This document shows, piece by piece, positions 24,112-43,218 of a stretch of DNA of 64,000 bases (position 1 is its first letter; the number at the start of each line of letters is the position of its first letter). This DNA comes from the human T2T-CHM13v2.0 reference genome, Homo sapiens, in NCBI RefSeq assembly GCF_009914755.1, contig NC_060941.1; one strand, written 5' to 3'. Made by a program: the position numbers and the translations under genes. The notes under the pieces are model-generated. The model ran no database searches and had not been told where the DNA came from. It saw only the letters and a program-made list of their open reading frames with translations.

Positions 24112-24467
24112 TGTTTCATTGTTCATTCAGGCTGTTAGAACAGAATACCACGCCTGGGCAGCTTATCCACAACAGACATTTCTTCCCCACAGTCCTGCAG
24201 GCTGGAAGTCTGAGATCAGGGTGCCAGCATGATGGGGCCCTGGAGAGGTTCTTCCCGGCTGCAGACAGCTTCATGTGTCCTCACATGGCAGGAAGAGAGC
24301 TGGGTAGCTCTTCAACCTCTTCTTAGAAGGTCACTAATCCCATTCACGAGGGCTCTACCCTCAAGACCTAATTACCACCCAGCAGCATCACCCCCTTAAA
24401 CCATCGCCTTGGGGACTAGAGCTTCAATGTATGAATCTCAGGGGACACAAACCTTCAGTCCATAGCA
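24112..24467 (-). mobile_element. MLT1A-like MaLR solo LTR
   Basis: ggctggaagtctgagatcagggtgccagc...cactaatcccattcacgagggctctaccctc...ttcagtccatagca. Confidence 0.85.
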
Positions 24468-24698
24468 CCCTCAAACACTATGATGAAGTGGCACAGTGAG
24501 AGTGGCCACCCGTGGGGCAGACTTCAGAGGTCACCCTGCAACCTTTCTCCAAATGTGTGTGACTGTCCTTGCGCCATGTAGGTTGTGTGTTTCAGTTGCG
24601 CCAGGTGGATTGTGTGTTTTAGCTGAAGATTTCTTTCTCAATGATTGCAGACATCATGTAAAACAAGGCATTTTAATGGTACAGTGACTGATGACTGA

Positions 24699-24969
<271 letters not shown>

Positions 24970-25190
24970 ACTGAGAATTTCTTAAGCAAAAATACACAAC
25001 CTTGGTTGTACATATGTTCCTTTTAGAAATGTGGAGATATAGGAAAGAATTAAGAAAAAAAATCCATCACAAACAGCACTGCCATGGCCCTATCCACACC
25101 TTGTTTTTGGCATCTATTTCTCTATTCTTATTTGTATGTTTTCACATGCATGCATAATACATGCACGTGTATATATTTTTACAAGTTGTA

Positions 25191-25225
25191 TAGGTTGGTG
25201 CAAAAGTAATTGTGGTTTTCACCAT
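25191..25225 (+). mobile_element. MADE1/Hsmar1 solo terminal inverted repeat
   Basis: taggttggtgcaaaagtaattgtggtttt matches the MADE1 TIR. Confidence 0.8.
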
Positions 25226-25539
25226 ATTTTTTTAATTCCATTTTTTTTTTCTTTTTTAGCCCAGGGTAGGATATCTGAGATTCTTGCATTTGAAAGGTAC
25301 AAGGACCTAATATGACCTAGAAAAGCAGGAACTTTTGCTGGGCATTCCGTTTCATAGGAATATTTAAAGATAGATGAAACTGATGTTCATTCTTAAGGCT
25401 AGATGCCCGTGAGACTGAGCTTTGCCAGGTGTCTGTGCTGCCCGGCATGTAGATACCTTCTTTGGCACTGGCTTACCCTGTGGCTTCAAACGTGTAAGTG
25501 GATATTGAGGAAGAGTGGGTGAAACCGTTGCTGTTCCCC

Positions 25540-25636
25540 AAAGGCAGGAACCCTATGTGGCTTCTTCACTGCTGTGTCTCCAGTGCCCAGCACAGTGCCT
25601 CCCACATCAGAGGTGCTCAGTGAACGTTAGATGACT
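25540..25636 (+). mobile_element. L2 3' end
   Basis: ttcactgctgtgtctccagtgcccagcacagtgcct...ggtgctcagtgaa. Confidence 0.7.
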
Positions 25637-25690
25637 GGCATTTCAGCTGTAGGGTGGCTTGTACACTGACAGTCTCTCTGTCTCTTTCAG

Positions 25691-26727
25691 GAGGGTTGGA
25701 GCCCAGGCGTTTGGTACGGGGCGTGAAAGGCAGAAGCATTAGCATGAAGGCACCCACCACTTCCCGAGCCAAGCAGGGACCATTCAAGACCATGCCTCTG
25801 CGGTGGTCCTTTGGATCCAAGGAGAAACCACCAGGTGCCTCCGTCGAGTTGGTGGAGTACTTGGAATCCAGACGAAGACCTCGGTCCACGAGCCAGTCCA
25901 TTGTGTCGCTGTTGACGGGCACTGCGGGTGAGGATGAGAAGTCAGCATCGCCGAGGTCCAACGTCGCCCTTCCTGCTAACAGCGAAGATGGTGGGCGGGC
26001 CATTGAAAGAGGTCCAGCCGGGGTGCCCTGTCCCTCGGCTCAACCCAACCACTGTCTGGCCCCTGGAAACTCAGATGGTCCAAACACAGCAAGGAAACTC
26101 AAGGAAAATGCAGGGCAGGACATCAAGCTTCCCAGAAAGTTTGACCTGCCTCTCACTGTGATGCCTTCAGTGGAGCATGAGAAACCAGCTCGACCGGAGG
26201 GCCAGAAGGCCATGAACTGGAAGGAGAGCTTCCAGATGGGAAGCAAAAGCAGCCCACCCTCCCCCTATATGGGATTCTCTGGAAACAGCAAAGACAGTCG
26301 CCGAGGCACCTCTGAGCTAGACAGACCCCTGCAGGGGACACTCACCCTTCTGAGGTCCGTGTTTCGGAAGAAGGAGAACAGGAGGAATGAGAGGGCAGAG
26401 GTCTCTCCACAGGTGCCCCCCGTCTCCCTGGTGAGTGGCGGGCTGAGCCCTGCCATGGACGGGCAGGCTCCAGGCTCACCTCCTGCCCTCAGGATCCCAG
26501 AGGGCCTGGCCAGGGGCCTGGGCAGCCGGCTCGAGAGGGATGTCTGGTCAGCCCCCAGCTCTCTCCGCCTCCCTCGTAAAGCCAGCAGGGCCCCGAGAGG
26601 CAGTGCACTGGGCATGTCACAAAGGACTGTTCCAGGGGAGCAGGCTTCTTATGGCACCTTTCAGAGAGTCAAATATCACACTCTTTCTTTAGGTCGAAAG
26701 AAAACCTTACCGGAGTCCAGCTTTTGA
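25691..26727 (+). CDS. USP43: USP43 terminal exon, coding part (Ser/Pro-rich tail ending ...KKTLPESSF*)
   Basis: Acceptor tctctgtctctttcag|GA GGG TTG; long ORF (track 25654-26727) in frame with previous exon; C-terminus recognised as USP43; TGA at 26725-26727. Confidence 0.95.
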
Positions 26728-27430
26728 TGGAGCGTGTCAGTATTGTGTGACGCTGGCATTCTTGGGACTTTGCCAAGCAACTGTAGGCAGCTCATGTTGA
26801 GAATGGGTTTCCAGGAAACCCGTTGTCTTGTAATCTCTAAAAAAAAATTTTTTTTTTTTTGTGGTGGGGGGTCTCCATATCTAGACTTCCAACACCCAAG
26901 GTCCATATAACCCAAGGTCGAAAACCTTCCTGCATCATTGGGTGCTTTGCTACAGTTTGGCCACTAGAGGATGCTATTGGGTCAGTATTACCAGTTTCAG
27001 GGCAAGAACTGATATTTACTAAAGAGTTTTGGATGTGGGCAAACAAGATGAGGCTGGTTTAATAAGAATCTTCAATGTCATGTCAAATACTGTCAATGGC
27101 TTTTCCTTTTTCTTTCTTTTTTTTTTTTAAATTGTGGACTTAAAGAAAAATATTTTATTTTTAATGCTTTTCTGGGATAAGCATTAAAGATGCCAAAAAG
27201 AAAAAAAAAACAAAAGAATGATAGTGATGGTAAGGCAAGATTCTAGCAAAGAGAGATGGGAGATAAATGGCTGAGAGTTCAGGTGAATATTTAATATATT
27301 AAAAATTGTATTAAAGTTTTTCAAGGTATTTTAAAAATAACTATTTTGATACTAGAAAAAAAGTCCATTTTTTAATTTAAATATGAGATCTATGTACAAT
27401 TTTAATAAAATCCTGTCCATGAAACACGCA
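26728..27430 (+). other. USP43: USP43 3' UTR (end approximate)
   Basis: Follows the stop codon; A/U-rich; ends near AATAAA. Confidence 0.8.
27404..27409 (+). terminator. Polyadenylation signal AATAAA
   Basis: Canonical hexamer with upstream TGTA (27393); alternative ATTAAA at 27183, 27298 and 27310. Confidence 0.8.
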
Positions 27431-27974
27431 TGGCTGTCTGAATTATTCAAGTCTGATAAATGATCTTGTTTCATTTCTGCTGAGTAAACTTGGTTCGTTG
27501 CTATTGCTATCAGAAAGTAGTTACTTGAGTTCTTTCTAAAATCTAAAAGTGCTTTTCGTTCCAATGACTTGCTGTTTTCTAAAGAAGTGGAAGCCTCCTC
27601 AGGCCATTCTCCGGAGGGCTTGTACTTGAAAAGACGTGAGTTCCACATCTGCCTGACAGACTCTTAGTTGACTGTCCCGTTTCCTAAAGCTCTGCACACT
27701 CTTCAGTAGCGACTCTTACAAATATCCTATCATTTCTTACTTAGAAGCTGCTAAGCCTGACCCCAGGCCTGGGGCTCAACAGTTGAGGTCACCTGTACTT
27801 AAACAGTCCTTCTTCTGCAAATACTTCCTTTTTTGACGGGAAACATTTGTTCTCAAAAAAAAAAAAGAAAAAAAAAAAGACACCTGATCCCAAGAATTAA
27901 GTCTTCCTTCATACATATAGCATGACTCATTGACATGTCTCTGCTACATTTTTTTTCTCTTAAGAAGGAGAATG

Positions 27975-28276
<302 letters not shown>

Positions 28277-29270
28277 GAGGAATGGAGTCCATTTTTTACC
28301 CCAGTGAAAAAGACAACTTGCCTTTGATCAGAGCAACAGTTAGAAGGTAGAACTGAGATAACAGAGAAAGGAAGAAGACCCAGCCACCTGACCCCAGAGG
28401 ACAATATGTATACCAGTAAACCTGTGTGTTTGCATTGCAAAAGAAGTCCATGTTCTCTTCAAGTCTTACACTGATGTACGCGTAGGCACTGTGGAAGACA
28501 TGGTTGTCCAAGTCCTCTTGGGTAAATAGGAGTCTAGGAGTCTTCCTGCTTTATCTGGTTCTTTCTCCTCTGTTGACTCTTCAGAGGAATTTGTCACATT
28601 TAGTTTCCATGCTCTTCCTAAGCTCAGTCTCCCTTTCTTCCTCCTCCAAGAGATTGGGTTGGAACTCAGACATGCACCTCCCTGGCTTCTCTCTTCTAAG
28701 GACTCAACCTTTAGAATACTCTTGGGTTGTTGGGATATCATGAGAGGGTCCCAGGCCTTAGCAGTGTTCTCTGTAACACATTCACTCCAGGCTCTGAACT
28801 GTGGAGGTTCAGGAAGAGGCAATTACACTTGACCCCTGGTGGATATATATCCATCTGGGGTCGGCAACAAGGATGCCTGAGGCACCCTTGCATCCCCTTC
28901 CCTGAGGTCGCTTCTCCCTCTAGAAGGACCCAGTAGAAGGCTGTGAGAACAGAGCATGGGAAATGGTTGAGTCCAATTTCTGCCTGGAATGGAGGCAATA
29001 GGGTCATGGTTCCAACCTTGGCCATGCATCCGATGATAGGCTGCAGGCTTCTGGTCAAGTGGTCCTTGAGGAGAAAGCATAAGAGAACCATTGGATGCTT
29101 TTTTCCTACCACAAAGATCCTGGGTGTTAGAGAAGAGTTGAAAGCCACTGAGCCAGAGAGGAGCATAGCCAGAGATGGAGCTAGCTCAGGATGGCCAAAG
29201 GGGCCTCCCATTCTTCCTCTGGAAGCTCAGATCCTCTGCCTGGATCTGTTCCTGCTGTCTGAGACTTGGT

Positions 29271-30025
29271 TGCCAGGTCCGACCTGCAGACCCTGGCTGA
29301 ATGACAGATGAAGGAAGGCACTCAGACACAGGTATCCAGTGAAAGAGCAGGCTAGGGGATGGGCCACTTACAGACCCCGAGGAGGGTGCTGTGAAGAGTC
29401 AGCAGCTGTGGCCTCAACAAGCCGGCCCTGTGGGCATTTATTCAGCACAGGTTTAATGACAAAGGCTTTGAGTCAACACACTTGTGGGTAATCAGCATGG
29501 TCGCCCTCCCCAGAGAGAGCAGTCCTGTGCGGATGACTAAAGGCCAGGTTCCTTGTGACAGAAAACCAAACACTGCAAGTTCTCACTCATAAGTGGGAGT
29601 TGAACAATGAGAATACATGGACACAGGGAGGAGAATATCACACACTGGGACCTGTTGGGGGTTGGGGGCCTGGAAGAGGGATAGCGTTAGGAGAAATACC
29701 TAATGTAAATGACGGGTGCAGCAAACCAACATGGCACATGTATACCTATGTAACAAACCTGCACACTGTGCACATGTACCCTAGAACTTAAAGAATAATA
29801 ATAAAATTTTTAAAAGGCCAGGTTCCAAGGCCTAAGTAAATGGACTTACCTAGATCAGTTTCTTTACATCCCCTTGTTATCTAACCTAAGCTTTCAGGCA
29901 CCAGATAAGAGAATCTGGCTGCTTTCAGCCAAATCCTTTTCTGAAGCTTTGTAAAACCTCTCGGCCTTCCAAGAAGGTTTGCATCTTTCTACCATTTTTC
30001 CCATCACCCTGACCGATCTCCTACA
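29271..30025 (-). mobile_element. LTR22-family (ERVK, HML-5) solo LTR, interrupted by an L1
   Basis: Minus strand starts TGTAGGAGATCGGTCAGGGTG and ends CA; perfect 6-bp TSD CTTGGT (29265-29270, 30026-30031). Confidence 0.85.
29553..29812 (+). mobile_element. 5'-truncated L1PA (about PA5-PA8) 3' end
   Basis: L1 3' UTR and A-tail; TSD aaaggccaggttcc. Confidence 0.92.
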
Positions 30026-30414
30026 CTTGGTCACTGGTCTGATGGTCACAGCCCATTCCTGACTCCTAAAGAGTCGCCCAGGTTTTGAGGCCCCCTCCTT
30101 TATCCTCCACTCCTGCTCTTTTCCACTAGTGGAAGGAAGGTCTTGCAAGTCCAGACTCGGGCTGGGCAGTCATACAGGTAGCGCCAAAAGCTCCAAGGGC
30201 CCACAGGATCAGAGAAGAAAGCCAGGAAGTCTAGAGGAGGAGAGGCCATAGCCCATAGGAGTATATAATTACAGTTCTAGCTACATCTTATCAGTAGGAT
30301 ATCACCTGCAGTGAGGCAGCACCAGCATGATGTCCTGAGGAATGGTGAGCTAATCAAGCATGTGCTGACTTGATTTCATCCTAGAGCTGCAGAGATCGCA
30401 GTTAATAATGATGT

Positions 30415-30904
30415 GCGCTATAAAGACACATGCACATGTATGTTTACTGCGGCACTATTCACAATAGCAAAGACCTGGAACCAACCCAAATGTCCAACAA
30501 TGATAGACTGGATTAAGAAAATGTGGCACATATACACCATGGAATACTATGCAGCCATAAAAAATGATGAGCTCATGTCCTTTGTAGGGACATGGATGAA
30601 ATTGGAAATCATCATTCTCAGTAAACTATCGCAAGGACAAAAAACCAAACACTGCATGTTCTCACTCATAGGTGGGAATTGAACAATGAGAACACATGGA
30701 CACAGGAAGGGGAACATCACACTCTGGGGACTGTTGTGGGGTTGGGGGAGGGGGGAGGGACAGCATTAGGAGATATACCTAATGCTAAATGATGAGTTAA
30801 TGGGTGTGGCACACCAGCATGGCACATGTATACATATGTAACTAACCTGCACGTTGTGCACATGTACCCTAAAACTTTAATAATAATAAAATAAAATAAA
30901 AAAT
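30415..30904 (+). mobile_element. Young L1PA (PA3-like) 3' fragment
   Basis: ORF2p C-terminus ...KTKHCMFSLIGGN*, G-rich 3' UTR and A-tail. Confidence 0.95.
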
Positions 30905-31150
30905 AATTACCACTGATGAGCATTTATACAGTACTTAACTGTGGGCAAGACACTCTTCTAAGCACTTTACAATATTAACTCATTTAATTCATAATAAACT
31001 TTTGAGGCAGGTACTATTATCTCTGTTTTACAGGTGAAGAAACTGAGGCACAGAGAGATTAATCTGCCAAAGGTCACACAACTAGTTAGTAGCAGAGCCA
31101 GGACTTGAACCCGGGTAATCCTGGCTCTGGAGTTCCTTCTCTGAATTACT
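30905..31150 (-). mobile_element. MIR, near full length
   Basis: ttttacaggtgaagaaactgaggcacagagag...aaggtcacacaactagttagtagcagagccaggacttgaaccc. Confidence 0.9.
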
Positions 31151-31547
31151 GGAAAAAACCATGCTGCCCCTCTGAAGGTGTACTACTAACTCTGTCAGTT
31201 AAACCAAGTTGCTTCTGGTATTCTCTGTTTATCAACATGGAGAAAGATGCGTTTTCCAGATCAATAGCTTATTCTCAAATGCCAGGAGCTGTATTTACTA
31301 ATTCCAGCAAGGAGACCACATCTGGTCCCACTACTTGATTAAGTCTTTGATAGATACAGTTATTCTCTAAGTCCCATTAACCTTTTGTACCAAATGGGTG
31401 AGCTGGGTAGAGATGTGATAGGAATCAGGACACAGCAGGTTTTAAGTCTTTGTGACCTGATTGCTGATTTTTCTAAGGGTGCACTTTTGCTTTTGATTCA
31501 CTTCAGTGATTGGGGAAGATTTCTTCAGTGACATGGGCTTGATCCTA

Positions 31548-32020
<473 letters not shown>

Positions 32021-32529
32021 ACTATAAGTATTATGAAATTTAATGGGATCACATGCAACTTGGCCGCATTGGGGAATGGCCACATTGGGGAAACCAATGT
32101 GGGCATTCGGTTACTTGCTGAGATCAGTCAACTAAACACTCAGAATATTGAAATATCCTAAGAAAGAGCCTCGTTTCCACTGGGCCTGCCAAGATGCAAA
32201 CTTAGGTTAGGAATCCATTTATCACCTGGCCACCATAAGCACCTGTTGAGACTGACAAAACTCAGTGGTGTTCTGCCTTCCTGGGGCTTAGTGTCAGTAC
32301 GAGCAAATGGCTGTCATTTCTTTTGGGAATGGCTGGGAGAAAGCTTTATGGGGCAGATGTGGAGTCACAGAGAATTCTTCCTCGATAGTACCCAGCCATC
32401 CTGTCATTTAAGGGAGTCTGGATTCATGAACTGAATCAGGTCAGGGAATTAGATGAAAAGTTAAGACTCTTCAACGCAGGTTAGATATCTAGTTTTCTAT
32501 GCGTGAGCATTTTTGCTTTGAAATAATTA

Positions 32530-32845
<316 letters not shown>

Positions 32846-33096
32846 GAACTGAGTAGCCTGGCTGTGAATTTAACTTCTGGAGCACCAAGTCACGGCCAGC
32901 ATTCTCTGCATGTCATACCATCCCTGGAGATCTAATTCCATGACTGTCCACCTTACCTCTAATGGTTAATTGCCATGATCTGGGCTTGGCCACTTTGGGC
33001 TTCTCCTGTTGCTCCCAAGATCAAGACCCTATTTGAACAGCATCCCTATCCAGCAGAATTCCTATTTAACTTGAGTACAGACATGAAGTGCTATAT

Positions 33097-33405
<309 letters not shown>

Positions 33406-33768
33406 CATGAAGTACTTTTTAAGGACCTCTTTGCTTACTTCATTTTATCTGTCACTCCTGGCAAGGATGAAGCACTGGGGGATGTGAGAAGTGGTGTGGG
33501 GGCAGAACACAAGGGAAAGCCACACCACCCTCCCTGCCTGCTGAAGCTTTTGAATTCCTGCCTTTTAATTGGTGTCTTTTGATTTCATTTCTTTATGGCC
33601 ACAATTAGGTCTGAATTGTGTTAGCCAGACCAGCAAGCCCTTAGAATCATAGTAGGCTGATTTTCAAACTAGATCTGTAGGTGAATGTATTCATATTAAT
33701 ACATTGAGTCATATCCCAAATTATATTTTGTCTGTCTTGGCTGACTACTCAAAAAATTCATCCCCTGA

Positions 33769-34132
<364 letters not shown>

Positions 34133-34499
34133 TAGCCCTCACTGCACCTCCCCTCCCATTCCAGCCTCATTTCATTCTAAAAGCTGTGCTGAATTCTGAC
34201 TTTGGTTACTAAGGAAGAAACAATGAAAGATGGGGCATGAGGGAAATGATTAGCCTTTTCCCAAAAAGGGAGCTATAATTTAATCAGACAGGAAGTGAAA
34301 TTGGGATAATTTTAGAAAAGACCAGAGACTTAACAGAGTACTAGCCTTTTGAATCCTCCCAGATATCCCAATTTCAATGGTCATATCCCACTCTTTACCA
34401 AGCAATTCCTTACCTTTCATATAAGAGACCTGGAAAAATTGCCAGTTCAACCAGCAGCCAGCAGCCTATGGAATCTACAAATTTATTTCTCACTGAAAC

Positions 34500-35600
<1,101 letters not shown>

Positions 35601-35983
35601 GTCCTGAGGGCCAGAAATGGTGACTCCATATTCTTCTCTGGTGGTGGAAATGTGAGATTCGAATGTTGCGTATGACGATGTGCCCACCCTGTGGAAATGC
35701 TGGTCTTCATCGGAAGACAGTGAGATGGAGCTGCAGAGAGAAGAGGTGGGAGACACACTGGAAGTATTATTCTCTTAGTCCATTTAGTTCCCACCTGGGC
35801 TAATATTTCTTCATCTTCGCCCATCTTATCTTTTTCTTCTTCTCTTCTGATGTTCTCTTTCCTTTGCTCATTTATCTAGGTCCCTCCATTTAGTCCATTT
35901 TCTGGATGAAGAACCCAAGTTAGTGACAGAATACTGAAAAAAATGTAAGATCAAATTTTAAGAACATGTCGCCCCCACCCTTC

Positions 35984-36274
<291 letters not shown>

Positions 36275-36512
36275 GAACAGTCCCCTTTTCAATAAGGTAT
36301 TTTGGGGTTTGTCTTCAGTAGTGGCGCTTTTCTTTCCTTACCTGGCATGGTGTCTACGAGGGGAGTTGTGGCAGCCCTCAAGGGTCTTTTAGTAAAAGTC
36401 CTAAGTTCCCATCTAGGGTTAGCTATTAGTTACATGGCCTTATGGCAAGCAAATGGATGCTTGTGGGCCTTGGTGTGTTCATCAGTAAAATGGGAACTCT
36501 GCAGTGATGAGC

Positions 36513-36676
36513 TGTAGTGGGCTCCTACCAGTTCCTGAGAGCCAGTTGTTAAAGATTCGGGAGCTTCACGAGTCTTGAAATCAGCCATGGCGGAATTATT
36601 TACGACAATAAAATCAGCAAACGTTACAAATTAGGACTTTTTTTTTCTTGGAGAGCACAAGACCAGCACACCACTA
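36513..36676. mobile_element. MER63-like hAT-Blackjack
   Basis: gagagccagttgttaaa...cttgaaatcagccatgg...ccagcacaccact. Confidence 0.65.
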
Positions 36677-36759
36677 GAATTAGGATACTGTCATTTGACA
36701 CCTCACCGGGTTTTTTAGGAAAACATCTCTGAAAGATGAAGAGTTTGCATTTGCAAAGG

Positions 36760-37399
<640 letters not shown>

Positions 37400-37637
37400 T
37401 CATTTCCTTTTTCTGCAAGGCCTCAGAAAGTACATTAGTATCACTACCACTAATGTCACCACCACCACTAGTATCACCAACAAACATTTACTACTACATG
37501 CCAGGACCTGCTCCAAGGGCTCTACATAAATGAACTCATTTATGCTTCAAACATTCCTATTACCTAAATAATACTGGTAGCTCCATTTTTCAGGGGTAGA
37601 GGTAGAGACACAGAGAGTTTATATTCTGCATTTGGAT

Positions 37638-37694
37638 CATATTTGACTATTTTTGATCTACCAAAATGGCAGTTTCATGGGGTTCAACCTGATA
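37638..37694. mobile_element. MADE2-like mariner MITE fragment
   Basis: tttttgatctaccaaaatggcagtttcatggggttcaacctgata. Confidence 0.6.
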
Positions 37695-37780
37695 ACGTGA
37701 TCAGGGTCATCCAGTTGGTTGTAGGAGGGCCAGAATCTGCTTTCTATGAAGGCAACACTTTAAGCAAATGACCATAGGGG

Positions 37781-38109
<329 letters not shown>

Positions 38110-38482
38110 GACCATAGGATTCGAACAGATATCATGAAAGATGAAGAGGGCAGGAAAAAAGTAAAGAGCAATGAGTCTCATAATTTATATCATTACATCT
38201 TAATGATATAAATCGAGATAAAATACAGTTGGATCACGGAATACTATGCAGCCAGAAAAAAGAATGAAATTATATCCTTTGCAGCAACATGGATGAACCT
38301 GGAGGCCATTATCCTAAGTGAACTAACTCAGAAGCAGAAAATGAAATATCTCATGTTCTCATTTATAAGTGAGAACTAAATGATGGATACACATGAATGT
38401 AAAGATGAAAATAACAGACACTGGGACTTCAAAAGAGGGGAGGGCATGAGGAGATTAAGGGTTGAAAAATTACCAATTGGGT

Positions 38483-39726
<1,244 letters not shown>

Positions 39727-39916
39727 TAATTGGTTTTTAGTTACGTACCACCATACTAAAGTTATTGTTTTGCTACTTGCTTTCTTTTCCAACTTAAAAT
39801 TTTGGAGCTTTTCCCAGATCTCTATAGATTGGCCCTATAGATTCTTTTCAAATGTTGCTTATAACTTCTTAATGCAAATGAACCATAGTTTGTCCCCCAA
39901 TTCAGGAGCATGTAGA

Positions 39917-40221
<305 letters not shown>

Positions 40222-40489
40222 TAGATTGTTTCTAAGCTTTTGCCATTGAAAACAAAAATGTCCTAAAAAGAAACAGTGTCCTGAACATCATTCTTTATAT
40301 ATCTTCTAGGAGAAAAACTTTGTCTTGTTACATTAAATTATGTTCTGGTGTGAAGGAATTTACATATTTAAAGATATCTTTTATTGGAGAAAGAGAGTGG
40401 CTAGTGGGCGAATGTAGAGGGAGCGTCCTCAGGATGTGGCCTGCCCTTTTGCAGATGCCGACTACTGGAGTGTGTTATTAGCCTTGTAA

Positions 40490-40924
<435 letters not shown>

Positions 40925-41404
40925 GACAATCTCTTGTAGGTGACCTGGTATCTTCATTTTCCTTTCAGGGACTGAGGACGCTGGGCAAGACACCGTCAAC
41001 ACAAGGCTCTTCACCAGCCTGGGGGAAAACCAGACATCCGCATCCACACCTGAAACAGGGCAAGCCGCCTCCTGACGAAAGCCCTGTGAAACACAAGAAG
41101 CATTCCTTCAGGATTCTTCTAAAGATAAAAGAATCTCGGAGTAGGGCTTCTATTAGGTAAATGGCTTATGATAACCTCATGTGAGAGGTTAAACAAAGGT
41201 TACAGGGCTTAGAACAGCACTGAGGGGACTGGGCGGCTACTCGAGAGAGATCAACCAAGGACTGGGAGGTGAGTTTTTGTCCCAGACACGTGCTCATTGC
41301 AGTGACTTTGAGCAAGTCACCTCATCCCCCTGTGTCTTATTTTCATTACATGGCATATGTAGAAAGAGGATCTTCTAGCTCGGACAATTGTTTGATTGTA
41401 CTGG

Positions 41405-41612
41405 GAAGTGGTTAAGGCTCTGGAGTCACACTTTCTGGATTTGATGACCAGATCCACTGTTTACTAAATGCAGGATTTGGAAAATTGCTCATCTATAAAA
41501 TGAGCTTGATGAGGCAACCTACCTCGCTGAACTGTGATGAGGATTACACTCATTGGGAATATTCACAATAGTGCCAAACATATAAAAGTGTTCAATAAAT
41601 GTTCATTTTTAT
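41405..41612 (+). mobile_element. MIR
   Basis: gtggttaaggctctggagtca...ctcatctataaaatg...gtgttcaataaatgtt. Confidence 0.75.
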
Positions 41613-42145
41613 TATGTCTATAACCTTCTAATCAAAGAGAGCATTGTAAATCTTAAGGGAAGACTCAGGAAGAATGTAGAACAAAAGTGAGTGTTTCGGT
41701 TGGGACATAAGGCACCTGCAGAGGAAATTCTTCTATGATGAGGAGAACTTGGGAAGGACTTAATTTTATCTTAAAACCCAGAGAGCTCTTCAATTCAGCT
41801 ATGATGTGTTTTCCTTGCCAGGACCCTGGATCTCAAAGAGGAAGGGAAGAAGAACACTCTTTGACTTTCTCCTCTTTGTGTGGATGTTGGATTTTCTGCT
41901 GGGAACCAGACTGGCACAGAGGAAGGTGAGACTGTTTTCTTTCCACTCCTTTACTCAGTCCCTGATGTTGGTGCTATAAGTAGCAGTCAGAGTCCAATTA
42001 GGAGACAGAAACCACACAGTAATTTGAACAAGCTTAATATAAATATACCTTATTAATTACAACATGTTACAGCATAACAACACTATAACAGATTATTGAG
42101 GAATTGGCTCATAATAAGTAAAGAGAATTCTAAACAATGTGGGAG

Positions 42146-43218
<1,073 letters not shown>

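Noticed and set aside
25654-25690. Start of the 357-aa ORF (MACTLTVSLSLS)
   Set aside because: GTG start in intronic pyrimidine tract; the real exon begins at the acceptor at 25691.
26959-26975. CTCF-like GGCCACTAGAGGATGC in the 3' UTR
   Set aside because: Mismatches in the key GGC core positions.
30413-30682. 89-aa ORF with clear protein character
   Set aside because: C-terminus of L1 ORF2p in a 5'-truncated copy; not autonomous.
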